From Caedibacter taeniospiralis (GTDB lineage Bacteria > Pseudomonadota > Gammaproteobacteria > Francisellales > Francisellaceae): a stretch of 32,000 nucleotides of DNA. Positions 1 through 9,365 of the stretch are shown here, one piece after another. The stretch is taken from contig NZ_PGGB02000001.1 in NCBI RefSeq assembly GCF_002803295.2, forward strand, positions 74,290 to 106,289, read 5' to 3'. How positions within the stretch are numbered: the first letter of the stretch is position 1; every line of letters begins with the position of its first letter. Both the position numbers and the translations under genes were made by a program. Under the pieces are notes generated by a model. The model was not told the origin of the DNA. It saw only the letters and a list, made by a program, of their open reading frames with translations, and did no database searches.

Positions 1-7
1 GGCGGCA

Positions 8-84
8 ATTTATACCGCCGAGGATAGCCGATTCGATTTTGTGTATGGATATACAAAATCTATCATGAGGCCCGAGGCACCCTG
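8..84. repeat. Copy 1 of a dispersed 77-bp repeat (atttataccgccgaggatagccgattcgattttgtgtatggatatacaaaatctatcatgaggcccgaggcaccctg)
   Basis: Near-identical sequence occurs again at about 781-857. Directly abuts PhoR-like coding sequence (LIVDQQGLLQWFN). Confidence 0.93.
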
Positions 85-1315
85 ATTGTTGATCAACAAG
101 GATTGCTGCAGTGGTTTAATCAGGCAGCGAGGAATTTTTTCAAGTTATCTCCCGCGCACATATCACAGGATATTTCCGAAGTATTTGAATTTCCGACCTT
201 GACCGTTTACTTGCAGCAAAAGAACATGAGCGCATTTGAGCTGCCACTGCCTAAGCGACCAGATCAGATACTGTCAGTGGTTTTAATTCCGTATGATCAA
301 CATTTTCTCTTAATTACCCAGGATGCAGGTTATCGACACCATATTGAGCGTATGCGCCAGGATTTTGTTGCCAATGTCTCCCATGAAATGCGTACGCCCT
401 TAACTGTAGTTTTTAATAGTTTGCTTAAGTATAAATTTGATTACATTATAACCTATGTAAAATTTACACGCTTAGATTAACAGACCATTTAAAGTTTAAA
501 TTTTTCTAAAACTAATATCGAGGATTAATTTGTAGCCGTTCGATTAGTCTTACTACATCTTCAATCGCTGCGAGCCATGGATAGCGGAACGCGAGGGCGA
601 GTAGACCCGGGTAGCCTTGCGCTGTTGATCAGCAAGCGACGTGCCGAAGGCGCCAGAGCGAAGTCTGTGAAAAAGCTTTTACCCAAGGCGTAGAGTAGAA
701 TCGGAAACGTGTTGTCTGTTCGGAATGAGCGTAGCGAATTTGTGAGGACAAGCACCGTTGAGGCGGGCGGCCCGGGCAAAATTTATACCGCCGAGGATAG
801 CCGATTCGATTTTGTGTATGGATATACAAAATCTATCATGAGGCCCGAGGCACCCTGTTTATTTTTCAGTTGTTCTACTGTAAGACTTTTTGAATTAGTA
901 ATTTCTTTAAGACGAATTTCTAATGTGGAACCGACAGTTTTATAGTGCTCAACTATATCTGCTTCTCGTTATGTAAAAAGTATTTTAGAAACAAATAAAT
1001 TGCTCTTTTAGCAATCTGATTATGAATGCAGTGCGTTATTCACCTCATGGTGGCGCAATTAAAGTAGTCTGGTATCAGGACAGGCATGGCAAACATTTCT
1101 ATGTTAAAGACGAAGGCGTGGGAATTGATCAACAACACATTCCTCGCCTGACCGAGCGCTTTTATCGTGTTGACAAGGGGCGATCTCCTGAAACTGGGGG
1201 GACAGGGCTTGGGCTGGCAATCGTGAAGCATGTGTTGATTGGGCACAAGGCTTCTCTGAGTATACAGAGCGAGTTGGGTAAAGGCAGTGTGTTTCGCTGC
1301 GATTTTCCAAATTAA
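82..1315 (+). pseudogene. phoR: Disrupted sensor histidine kinase (PhoR-like): PAS/HisKA fragment (about 82-410) and HATPase fragment (about 1010-1315) separated by unrelated sequence
   Basis: Left fragment has QWFNQAARNFF and the H-box FVANVSHEMRTPLTVV. Right fragment has SNLIMNAVRYSPHGG, VKDEGVGI, ERFYRVDKGRS and GGTGLGLAIVKHV. Intervening sequence is out of frame and carries a repeat. Confidence 0.85.
781..857. repeat. Copy 2 of the same 77-bp repeat, at the end of a longer non-phoR segment (about 560-857)
   Basis: Direct comparison with positions 8-84, same orientation. Confidence 0.93.
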
Positions 1316-1367
1316 ACCCATTCAGTTGATTAATCAAAGTCAGTCTGTTAGCTATGCGCTTAGACGC

Positions 1368-2135
1368 TCAATTTATGGAATACTTCGTTGGCTTTGCCTG
1401 TTTAACAATTTCACCAAAGTCCTTTGCTGAAAGAGAAGCTCCCCCTATTAACCCTCCGTCCACATCAGCCAGGCTTAACAGCTCGTTGGCATTGGATGGC
1501 TTAAGACTGCCGCCATATATAATCTTGATGTCTTGAGCAAGTTCGACATGAAAGTTTGTAACGATTGAACGCAAATAGGCATGAACCTCTTGAACCTGTG
1601 ACGCGGTTGCCGCAAGTCCAGTACCAATTGCCCACACAGGTTCATAGGCAATGATCGTTTTTCTCAATTGATTCAAGGTCAATTTATCCAGCACTATTTG
1701 TAATTGATGTTTTAGCACTTCCCGTAATGTGCCAGAAGTTCTCTCACTGAGCGTTTCACCAACGCATACGATAGCACTAAGTCCTGCTTCAGTTACCTTT
1801 TTTGCTTTAAGTGCGACATCTTGATTTGTTTCTGCAAACAGTGCTCGTCGCTCTGAATGCCCAACAATAACATATTCACCATTGAAGTCCTTTAACATGC
1901 TCACACTTACTTCACCCGTATAGGCACCGTTATCATATTGACTGATATTTTGCACCCCAAGACCTATGCCTTTGATATTTTCCGCAACATAGGGCAAATA
2001 GACATGGGGCACGCATACCGCCATATCTGCATGTTGATGTGCTCTTGCCACTTGATTAAGTAACTCGCACAGACTTTTAATTGATAACAAAGAGCCATTC
2101 ATTTTCCAATTGCCAATAATAATTTGTTTTCTCAT
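1368..2135 (-). CDS. tpiA: Triosephosphate isomerase
   Basis: GNWKMNG start motif, GHSERR, AYEPVWAIGTG, IIYGGSLKPSNA, DGGLIGGASL. Confidence 0.97.
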   Translation of the reverse strand: MRKQIIIGNWKMNGSLLSIKSLCELLNQVARAHQHADMAVCVPHVYLPYVAENIKGIGLGVQNISQYDNGAYTGEVSVSMLKDFNGEYVIVGHSERRALFAETNQDVALKAKKVTEAGLSAIVCVGETLSERTSGTLREVLKHQLQIVLDKLTLNQLRKTIIAYEPVWAIGTGLAATASQVQEVHAYLRSIVTNFHVELAQDIKIIYGGSLKPSNANELLSLADVDGGLIGGASLSAKDFGEIVKQAKPTKYSIN

Positions 2136-2156
2136 ATTTCCTTCCTGCTTTCACCT

Positions 2157-3485
2157 CTAGTTACTGAGCTTCTCTTTGATTTTTTCAACTAAATAATCAA
2201 CCCACTCTTTGGTTAAACTTTCTGTTTTTGCTTCCACCATCACGCGTAAAACGAGCTCCGTACCTGAAGGTCTAAGCACTACACGTCCTTCATCAGCTAA
2301 GCTTTTTTCAACAAAGCTCACATCTTCAATCAAAAGACTCATGTCATTTGCATCGAGTTTTTTATTCAATGGCACATTAACCATAAGTTGTGGCATTTTT
2401 TCAATATCTAATAACGCTGACAATGGCTTCTTGGCTTTACTTAAAATCGATAGCACTTGAAGTGCCGCCATTAGCCCATCACCCGTGGTGTTATAGCGTA
2501 GATCAATGATATGCCCTGAAGACTCGCCACCAAGCATCCAGTCATTTTCCAATAAAAGCTCCATCACATAACGATCGCCCACTTTCGCACGCTTAAAAGG
2601 CAAACCCCGTTGTACAAGTGCCTGCTCTATCGCAAGATTGGTCATCACTGTGCCAACAACACCAGAGCTGTAATCACCATGCGTTGCCAGAAGCAATAAG
2701 ATATCATCACCGTCAACGATGCACCCTGTTTCATCGATAAGCATAATGCGATCACCATCCCCATCAAAAGCAATGCCTAAATCCGCTTGTCCATCTACCA
2801 CCGCAGTTTTTAGGCGATTCAAATGCACTGCCCCACAATCTTTATTGATATTTAACCCATCAGGTGATGAGGCAATTTCAACAATATCAAGACCCAAACG
2901 CGATAATAACGCATTTGCGACTCTAAATAGTGCGCCATTAGCACAATCCACAATAATCTTCCTGCCATGTAAGTCAATTTTATCGGCAAAATGAGATAAA
3001 CACTGCTCGATATAGGACTCAACCTGATTAATCTGGTTAAAAATCTCGCCAAATTTACCTTCTGGCTGATAATAAAACTCCTGATCGATACACCGTTCAA
3101 TTTGATACTCAACCTCATCAGGTAACTTATGTCCTTCATGTGAAAAAAGCTTTATACCGTTATCGTAATAGGGGTTATGTGATGCACTTAAGACAACCCC
3201 AGCCCCTGCTTTTAACCTCTTCACCATAAAGGCAACTACTGGCGTTGGAATGATGCCCAGGTTAATGACATTGACTCCTGTAGCGGTGATCCCCGCAACA
3301 AAAGCAGATTTCAGCATATCAGAAGATCGTCTGGTATCCTGCCCAATGACAACCGTTAATGGTAAACCCTGGTCACGCAATGTACATCCCACAGCATTTC
3401 CCAGTTTCATTGCAAACTCAGGCGTAATGGGATTTACCCCGACCTTGCCACGCACCCCATCCGTGCCAAAATATTTTCTTGCCAT
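2157..3485 (-). CDS. glmM: Phosphoglucosamine mutase
   Basis: ARKYFGTDGVRGKVG, serine phosphorylation loop VVLSASHNPYYDNGIK, FDGDGDR, RPSGTEL..R.M.EA. Confidence 0.97.
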   Translation of the reverse strand: MARKYFGTDGVRGKVGVNPITPEFAMKLGNAVGCTLRDQGLPLTVVIGQDTRRSSDMLKSAFVAGITATGVNVINLGIIPTPVVAFMVKRLKAGAGVVLSASHNPYYDNGIKLFSHEGHKLPDEVEYQIERCIDQEFYYQPEGKFGEIFNQINQVESYIEQCLSHFADKIDLHGRKIIVDCANGALFRVANALLSRLGLDIVEIASSPDGLNINKDCGAVHLNRLKTAVVDGQADLGIAFDGDGDRIMLIDETGCIVDGDDILLLLATHGDYSSGVVGTVMTNLAIEQALVQRGLPFKRAKVGDRYVMELLLENDWMLGGESSGHIIDLRYNTTGDGLMAALQVLSILSKAKKPLSALLDIEKMPQLMVNVPLNKKLDANDMSLLIEDVSFVEKSLADEGRVVLRPSGTELVLRVMVEAKTESLTKEWVDYLVEKIKEKLSN

Positions 3486-3674
3486 GTTCTCTCATTATTT
3501 TAAATTTCAAACGCCTGACATTATGCACACCTTAAGAAAAATGGTTAAGTGGTTTTTAGTGAAAAACGCATACCCATTTCATATCACACTTGTTACAATA
3601 CTGGCGATTTTCAACAAGCACTGAATGCTTTGCAATCGTTTTAAAAGTGTATAGACAAACTAAGGGATAGAATA

Positions 3675-4643
3675 ATGGATCGCAATTTAGCACTAGAAAC
3701 TGTTCGTGTCACCGAAGCTGCCGCTTTATCTGCCTGGCGCCAAATGGGTCGAGGCGATGAAAAAGCTGCCGACCAGGTTGCCGTCGACGCAATGCGCCGC
3801 GCCTTAAATGGTCTTAATATCGATGGCACCGTTGTTATTGGCGAAGGCGAGCGTGATGAGGCTCCCATGCTTTATATCGGTGAAAAAGTTGGCAAAGGCG
3901 GACCCAAGGTTGATATTGCCCTGGACCCACTAGAAGGCACAACCATCACTGCCAAAGGCGGACCCAATGCACTTGCTGTGATCGCCATGGCAGAGGATGG
4001 TGGATTCTTAAACGCTCCTGATGTCTACATGGAAAAAATTGCGGTTGGTGGGCATGGCATTCCTTATGATCTTATCGATATTAACGCAACTCCTCATGAG
4101 AATTTAAAGCGATTAGCTCAGTTTAAAGGAGTCCCGCTTGAGGCACTTGTGGTTTGCATTTTAGATCGCCCGCGCCACGAGGAGATTATTCGTAAAGTTC
4201 GCGAAGCGGGTGCGCGCATCGCCCTTATTGGTGATGGCGATGTCTCAGCCGTCATCGCAACGGCACACGAAGATAGCGGTATTGATATGTACATGGGGAC
4301 AGGGGGGGCACCTGAGGGGGTGCTTGCTGCCGCCGCACTACGGTGTTTAGGGGGGCAAATGCAGGGGCGCCTTATTTTTAGGAATGATGACGAAAAATCA
4401 CGCGCCAAGAAATGGGGAATTACCAATTTAAATAAAGTATATCATTTAACCGATTTAGCCTCGGGGAATGTGCTTTTTACCGCAACTGGTGTCACTGACG
4501 GACAAATGCTTAAAGGAGTTAAGCGCAAGGGTCTGTTTGCTAAAACACACAGCTTAGTTATGCGCTCAGTTTCAGGAACGATCCGTCACATCGAAGCCGA
4601 ACATAATTTCAACTTCAAGAAAGGATTTGAATATCTAGGCTAA
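3675..4643 (+). CDS. glpX: Class II fructose-1,6-bisphosphatase
   Basis: VTEAAALSAWRQMGRGDEKAADQVAVDAMR, VIGEGERDEAPMLYIGE, DPLEGTT, GTGGAPEGVLAAAALRC. Confidence 0.97.
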   Translation: MDRNLALETVRVTEAAALSAWRQMGRGDEKAADQVAVDAMRRALNGLNIDGTVVIGEGERDEAPMLYIGEKVGKGGPKVDIALDPLEGTTITAKGGPNALAVIAMAEDGGFLNAPDVYMEKIAVGGHGIPYDLIDINATPHENLKRLAQFKGVPLEALVVCILDRPRHEEIIRKVREAGARIALIGDGDVSAVIATAHEDSGIDMYMGTGGAPEGVLAAAALRCLGGQMQGRLIFRNDDEKSRAKKWGITNLNKVYHLTDLASGNVLFTATGVTDGQMLKGVKRKGLFAKTHSLVMRSVSGTIRHIEAEHNFNFKKGFEYLG

Positions 4644-4658
4644 GGGCTAAGGTAAAGC

Positions 4659-5531
4659 ATGCTCTCACACAAACAACTGACTGTTTTTACTGCCATTGCT
4701 GAGCATGGCAGCATCACCAAAGCATCAGAAAGCCTCAATTTGACACAACCTGCTTTAAGCTCGGCACTTTCTAGCCTTGAGAGTGAACTTGGCGTCAGGC
4801 TCTTTGATAGAATTGACCGCAAAATTGTGCTCAACCATAATGGTGAACTTCTTTATCCCAAGGTTATGCAGCTACTTGAAGACACTGCCAAAATCCAAAA
4901 CTTCTTCAATCACGAGCAAACGCTAACGGGCAGCATTCACATTGCCGCAAGTAACACCATTGGTAATTATATTTTGCCGCCATTGATGGCAAGCTTCAAA
5001 GAAAAGCATCCTGACACACAGCTTGCATTATCTATCGGTAACAGCGAGCAAGTCATTGAGTCCGTTGTTGGACACCAGGCTGATATTGGCTTTATTGAGA
5101 CTCCCTGCTTAAATAACCAGATCAATAGTTTTGCTTTTGCCAAAGATCAATTAGTATTATTTGTTCGTCACGGACATCCTCTGGCTAAACAAAAAATCGT
5201 CAGTGTTGGCGAGCTGAAACAGCACCCCTTTATTCTGCGTGAAAAAGGCTCTGGCAGCCGAACTGTTGTCGAACAAATACTGCTTCCGTTATTGAACTAT
5301 CAATTAAATCTATTTTTAGAGCTTGGTAGTAGCGGCGCAATATGCCTTGCAACTGAGCGCAGTGACGCCATAGGCTGCGTCTTGGCTTCAGCCTTGCAAA
5401 ATCAGAAAACCATTCATGTTTTGAATTGCCCAGAGATAAGACTGGAAAGGGATTTTTTCGTTGTCCAAAACAGACGCGCGCACATCTCCGAGCTTACTGA
5501 GGAATGGCTGGACTGGGTGATCAATAAATAA
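4659..5531 (+). CDS. LysR-family transcriptional regulator
   Basis: N-terminal wHTH QLTVFTAIAEHGSITKASESLNLTQPALSSALSSLESELGVRLFDR, with a LysR substrate-binding domain. Confidence 0.93.
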   Translation: MLSHKQLTVFTAIAEHGSITKASESLNLTQPALSSALSSLESELGVRLFDRIDRKIVLNHNGELLYPKVMQLLEDTAKIQNFFNHEQTLTGSIHIAASNTIGNYILPPLMASFKEKHPDTQLALSIGNSEQVIESVVGHQADIGFIETPCLNNQINSFAFAKDQLVLFVRHGHPLAKQKIVSVGELKQHPFILREKGSGSRTVVEQILLPLLNYQLNLFLELGSSGAICLATERSDAIGCVLASALQNQKTIHVLNCPEIRLERDFFVVQNRRAHISELTEEWLDWVINK

Positions 5532-5658
5532 TTTCAATCCATGACATAAATTCTACGTACTTTTATTTATTTATAAAACCCTGTAAATTATCCGAAAATA
5601 AAGCGGCAACTGAGTCTATATCAAGTTCCTTTTAGCTTAAATCAATCATTGAAGTCAG

Positions 5659-6669
5659 GTGTACTGTATTATGAAACAAAGATTACACGCAATACTCGAA
5701 AAAGTGCCAACGCCAATGGCAGGTTTAGCACTTGGCATTTCAGGTCTGGGTTGGTCTGCTGACAATGCGTTGCCTACAAATAACACACTACAAATAACCT
5801 CCGCTGCAATAGCTTTTGTATTACTTCTACTGGTTACCGCAAAATTCATCATTTGGCCACAAAAACTACGCGATGACCTGGCTCATCCAGTTGTTGGCAG
5901 TGTTGTCCCAACCTTTGCTATGGCGCTAATGATCATCTCAAACAGCATCAACTACTTTAATCACCTGGCAGCGGAACTTATCTGGTTATTTGCCGTTAGC
6001 ATCCATCTGCTGTTTTTGGCAACTTTTATTTATCACCGCATGAAAGAATTTAAACTCCATCACATGGTGCCATCGTGGTTCGTTCCCCCTGTTGGAATTA
6101 TTGTTGCTGATGTCGCCTTTCCAGGCGGTGCCCTGCAGCCACTTGCGATTGCTTTACTTTATTTCGGATTAATCAGTTATGCAATTTTACTGCCTTTAAT
6201 GCTCTATCGAATCATGTTCACTCATGAGATCCCTGATGCGGCGAAACCGACTATCGCTATTTTTGCTGCTCCCGCGAGCTTGTCGCTAGCGGGCTACCTA
6301 AATGTTGTACGCGATCCATCCCCTCTTATTGTGATGCTCTTATTGGGTATTGCTATCTTAATGACTGTAATGATTTATCTTAGCTTTATTAAACTGATGA
6401 GCCTTCCTTTTAGTCCAGGATTTGCAGCATTCACCTTCCCTCTGGCGATTGGCTCCACAGCACTATTTAAGACAGCTCACTGGGCGGAAAACGCTTTACA
6501 ACTTGCACCACAGACCAGCAGCCAAATTCACTACCTGGCGATTTTTGAGTTAATGATTGCTGCTTCGGTTATTGGTTATGTTGCCTGGAAATACTTTTAT
6601 CACTTGGTGCTTGAGAATATTTTGCCAGATAAATGCCTACAAATTGAGAAACCCATATTCCCATTGTAA
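5659..6669 (+). CDS. TehA/SLAC1-type (TDT family) transporter
   Basis: About 10 hydrophobic segments. Opening VPTPMAGLALGISGLGW and internal HPVVGSVVPTFAMALMIIS resemble the TDT/SLAC1 family. Confidence 0.8.
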   Translation: MYCIMKQRLHAILEKVPTPMAGLALGISGLGWSADNALPTNNTLQITSAAIAFVLLLLVTAKFIIWPQKLRDDLAHPVVGSVVPTFAMALMIISNSINYFNHLAAELIWLFAVSIHLLFLATFIYHRMKEFKLHHMVPSWFVPPVGIIVADVAFPGGALQPLAIALLYFGLISYAILLPLMLYRIMFTHEIPDAAKPTIAIFAAPASLSLAGYLNVVRDPSPLIVMLLLGIAILMTVMIYLSFIKLMSLPFSPGFAAFTFPLAIGSTALFKTAHWAENALQLAPQTSSQIHYLAIFELMIAASVIGYVAWKYFYHLVLENILPDKCLQIEKPIFPL

Positions 6670-6723
6670 AGCTGGGGGTTGTCGATGGGTGCATTCCAAA
6701 GTCTTCACGTTTTTTGATTTACC

Positions 6724-7206
6724 TTACGAAATCGAAACACCTTTTTCAAAAGTCGCTTTACTTTGCATAAAAAGAGAAAGGCTGTCATCGCGACCTGTGG
6801 AAACGTCTGTTTTTGCCGACGCCTCGTCAAAAGCATTATTAAATGCTTTTGCTGTATATGCGTTTTGAGCTAAAAAGACTTTGAGATTTTGAGAGCCACT
6901 GTCAACTAAATAATGATCCCTTAAGCCTTGCATGGTCGTTGAAAATTCTTTTGGATTCGACTCCAGTGTGTCCACAAAGGCTTTAAACTGCTCAAATGTT
7001 TTGTTGCTTGCTGCCATAGGGGATAATGTAAACCACGCCACAAAAGCATCATCTTTTTGAATGCCTTTATCCACCAGGGTTTGTACAAATCCTGACTCTT
7101 TAGTTAAAAGAAATTGCTCCATGTTTTCAATTCTACTTGCAGTATTCAGCTTTTCTTTTCTTAATTCTTGTAATTTTGACTCTACTTTTTCAATATTAAC
7201 GCTCAT
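6724..7206 (-). CDS. Hypothetical protein, predicted mostly helical
   Basis: 160-aa ORF with start codon and typical soluble composition. No family recognised. Confidence 0.6.
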   Translation of the reverse strand: MSVNIEKVESKLQELRKEKLNTASRIENMEQFLLTKESGFVQTLVDKGIQKDDAFVAWFTLSPMAASNKTFEQFKAFVDTLESNPKEFSTTMQGLRDHYLVDSGSQNLKVFLAQNAYTAKAFNNAFDEASAKTDVSTGRDDSLSLFMQSKATFEKGVSIS

Positions 7207-7470
7207 TCTTGTTATCCCTTAAATTAATTTGGCTATGTTAGCGTTATTTCGTGGAAATCTACTCTCATTTTTACAACCTGTATGGTTAGCTGCGACTATA
7301 TTTCCCACCCACTCTACGCTAACAGGGTCATTAAGTTTTAATTGTTACTGTTTTTGCAAAGCATCTGTACTGATGCCTGGCACTAAAGTTACTCTTATTT
7401 ACTTAGAGTTACAATATTTGGCAATTCTATCGGACAATTTGATTGGTTTAGACTACGCTACAGCGTTTTA

Positions 7471-8586
7471 TTAGATCTCAAAACATTGTGTCATGACTTT
7501 TAACACTTCATCGCCTTCGTGTACGGTTGCCGATGAGGTGCGAGTCAATAATAAAGCTTCTTGTGCCAAGGTCAAAACTTGTGGTTCAGCTAAAGCTAAA
7601 ATACTGCTTTTATCATATACAGTCGCAAGTGGAGTATTGGGCTTTTGCAAGCCACCTAACAGGTGATCGGCATAAGCCACCATCCCTCCCATCGGCGCTC
7701 TAATACGAAAAAAGTCGCGCTCAAGGCAGGCATACTGCGGCATATGAGGTTTCGCTATGTCAGTATTTTTAATATAGGCGATGATGCCTTTAAGCAAGGT
7801 TTCAGCATTTCCTAAGTCAAAACTCTCTTTATTCCCCATCTCATAGGTGAACGCATGTTTTGGTGGTACTTTGTTTTCGCCTGTGAGATTATTCCAACAC
7901 TCGGTCAGCTGCCACCAGGGATAAAAAATAGCCTGGTTAAAACAGCCACTTGGCTCATTGGGGGTCAAAATAAACGCATTGCTGTTAAAATGTCTTAAGC
8001 GTTCATCTTGCAAATAGTTAGGGGCATAGATATATGGCACTGAAATGGAATCACAGTGCAAATCAAAGCTAAAATCAGCATTTAGCGCCAGATGGTGCAG
8101 GATATTGGCAAGCTTCTCATACGGTGCATTATCGTGCTGAAAGCAGGTGTTCAAACGCTCTCTTAACAAAGCTAAAAACCGCTCACACAGCACCACAAAC
8201 CCCTGTTTTTGATGCGCTTTAACAAAGGCATCTAAATCAATTGCAGGCAACTTGCCATAGGGCATCAGCAGATTTTTAAATCCGCGATTCCAATTCTCAC
8301 CCGTTTTGGCATCAAAGCGCCCATAGGTGTACTCACCAATTTTGATATCCATCGCAAACGGATTAGCAAACGGCACTAAGGTCACATTGTAGGGAAAATC
8401 ATGCGTCTCTAAATATTGCCGCAGTAGATAAATCAAGGCAATGCCATTGCTTTCAGCAGCATGCAATGCCGCTTGCATGTAAATATTCGCCTTGGCCTTA
8501 GGGTGTCTATATTCCATGACACTGAGGCTATGGGTTAATCCTGAAATAGTTGTTCTAAAAGGAATTTCTCTAATTTGTATCATCAT
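7471..8586 (-). CDS. Succinylglutamate desuccinylase/aspartoacylase (AstE/AspA) family Zn-dependent enzyme
   Basis: KANIYMQAALHAAESNGIALIYLL (H..E motif), DLHCDSISVPYIY, C-terminal RAPMGGMVAYADHLLGGLQKPNTPLATVYD. Confidence 0.82.
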   Translation of the reverse strand: MMIQIREIPFRTTISGLTHSLSVMEYRHPKAKANIYMQAALHAAESNGIALIYLLRQYLETHDFPYNVTLVPFANPFAMDIKIGEYTYGRFDAKTGENWNRGFKNLLMPYGKLPAIDLDAFVKAHQKQGFVVLCERFLALLRERLNTCFQHDNAPYEKLANILHHLALNADFSFDLHCDSISVPYIYAPNYLQDERLRHFNSNAFILTPNEPSGCFNQAIFYPWWQLTECWNNLTGENKVPPKHAFTYEMGNKESFDLGNAETLLKGIIAYIKNTDIAKPHMPQYACLERDFFRIRAPMGGMVAYADHLLGGLQKPNTPLATVYDKSSILALAEPQVLTLAQEALLLTRTSSATVHEGDEVLKVMTQCFEI

Positions 8587-9365
8587 ATTTCCCCTATATT
8601 TCCACTAAAAATCGTTTTGATTGCACCGGTTAATAAAACCTCTTCTGCCATACACTCAACAATGAGCTGGCTAACTGCATTTTCCACCGTCACCTTGGGT
8701 TTTAATCGCCCAAGATAAACTCCTGAAAAAACACAGGCAATGCTGCCACTGCCACACGATGGCGTGATTCCCGTACCACGCTCCCAATGCTCAACATAGA
8801 TTCGATCGTATGCCAACTGTTTTACTGCATGAACATTTATACCACCTTGATATCTTTGCTGCAGCGACATCCCAAGTTCATCAAAGGAGCCTGCCTCATT
8901 AAGATTACGCCATAACACCAGATGGGGATTCCCCACATCCACTTCCACAGCGGCATCAAACTCCGAATCATCTGTGATGATATATTGCCCAGGCTTAATA
9001 CTGGGCAATGGAAAAGCGACCTGAATCCAATCATGTGCGATCATCTGGCAACGATGCACAAAGCCTCCTACTTCAATTTCAACATGCTGAGTGTTCTTTT
9101 CCGCCAATAGCAAACTTGCCACGGCGCGTAAACCATTGCCACATTGCTTTGCCTTAGAGCCATCTTGATTATAGATGTGCATGCTGGCATCCGCTTTGCC
9201 TGATTTTCTAATCAAAAGCAGCTGATCGGCGCCCACGCCAAAGCGCCGATCACAGATTTGTTTAACTTGCTGGGGCTGCCAATTGCGTGGACGCTCTCGT
9301 TCATCGATTACGACGAAGTCATTGCCCAGCGCGCACATCTTGGTAAATATAAGTGGCTTATTCAC
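8583..9365 (-). CDS. dapF: Diaminopimelate epimerase
   Basis: KMCALGNDFVVIDER, RRFGVGADQLLLI, KQCGNGLRAVA (first Cys), VDVGNPHLV, TPSCGSGSIAC (second Cys). Confidence 0.93.
   Translation of the reverse strand: MNKPLIFTKMCALGNDFVVIDERERPRNWQPQQVKQICDRRFGVGADQLLLIRKSGKADASMHIYNQDGSKAKQCGNGLRAVASLLLAEKNTQHVEIEVGGFVHRCQMIAHDWIQVAFPLPSIKPGQYIITDDSEFDAAVEVDVGNPHLVLWRNLNEAGSFDELGMSLQQRYQGGINVHAVKQLAYDRIYVEHWERGTGITPSCGSGSIACVFSGVYLGRLKPKVTVENAVSQLIVECMAEEVLLTGAIKTIFSGNIGEI

Noticed and set aside
561-945. Three small ORFs (561-779, 629-829, 709-945) in the segment that disrupts phoR
   Set aside because: They overlap on both strands within repeat-like sequence and have no recognisable protein features, so they are better explained as spurious ORFs.
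2209-3139. Antisense ORFs inside glmM, and similar antisense or alternate-frame ORFs inside glpX, fusA, prlC, mutL and the cmk fusion
   Set aside because: All lie opposite or out of frame with strongly supported conserved genes, so they are typical shadow ORFs.
7229-7474. 81-aa plus-strand ORF between the 160-aa ORF and the AstE-like gene
   Set aside because: Composition looks non-coding, no recognisable family or ribosome-binding site, and it touches the end of a convincing gene.
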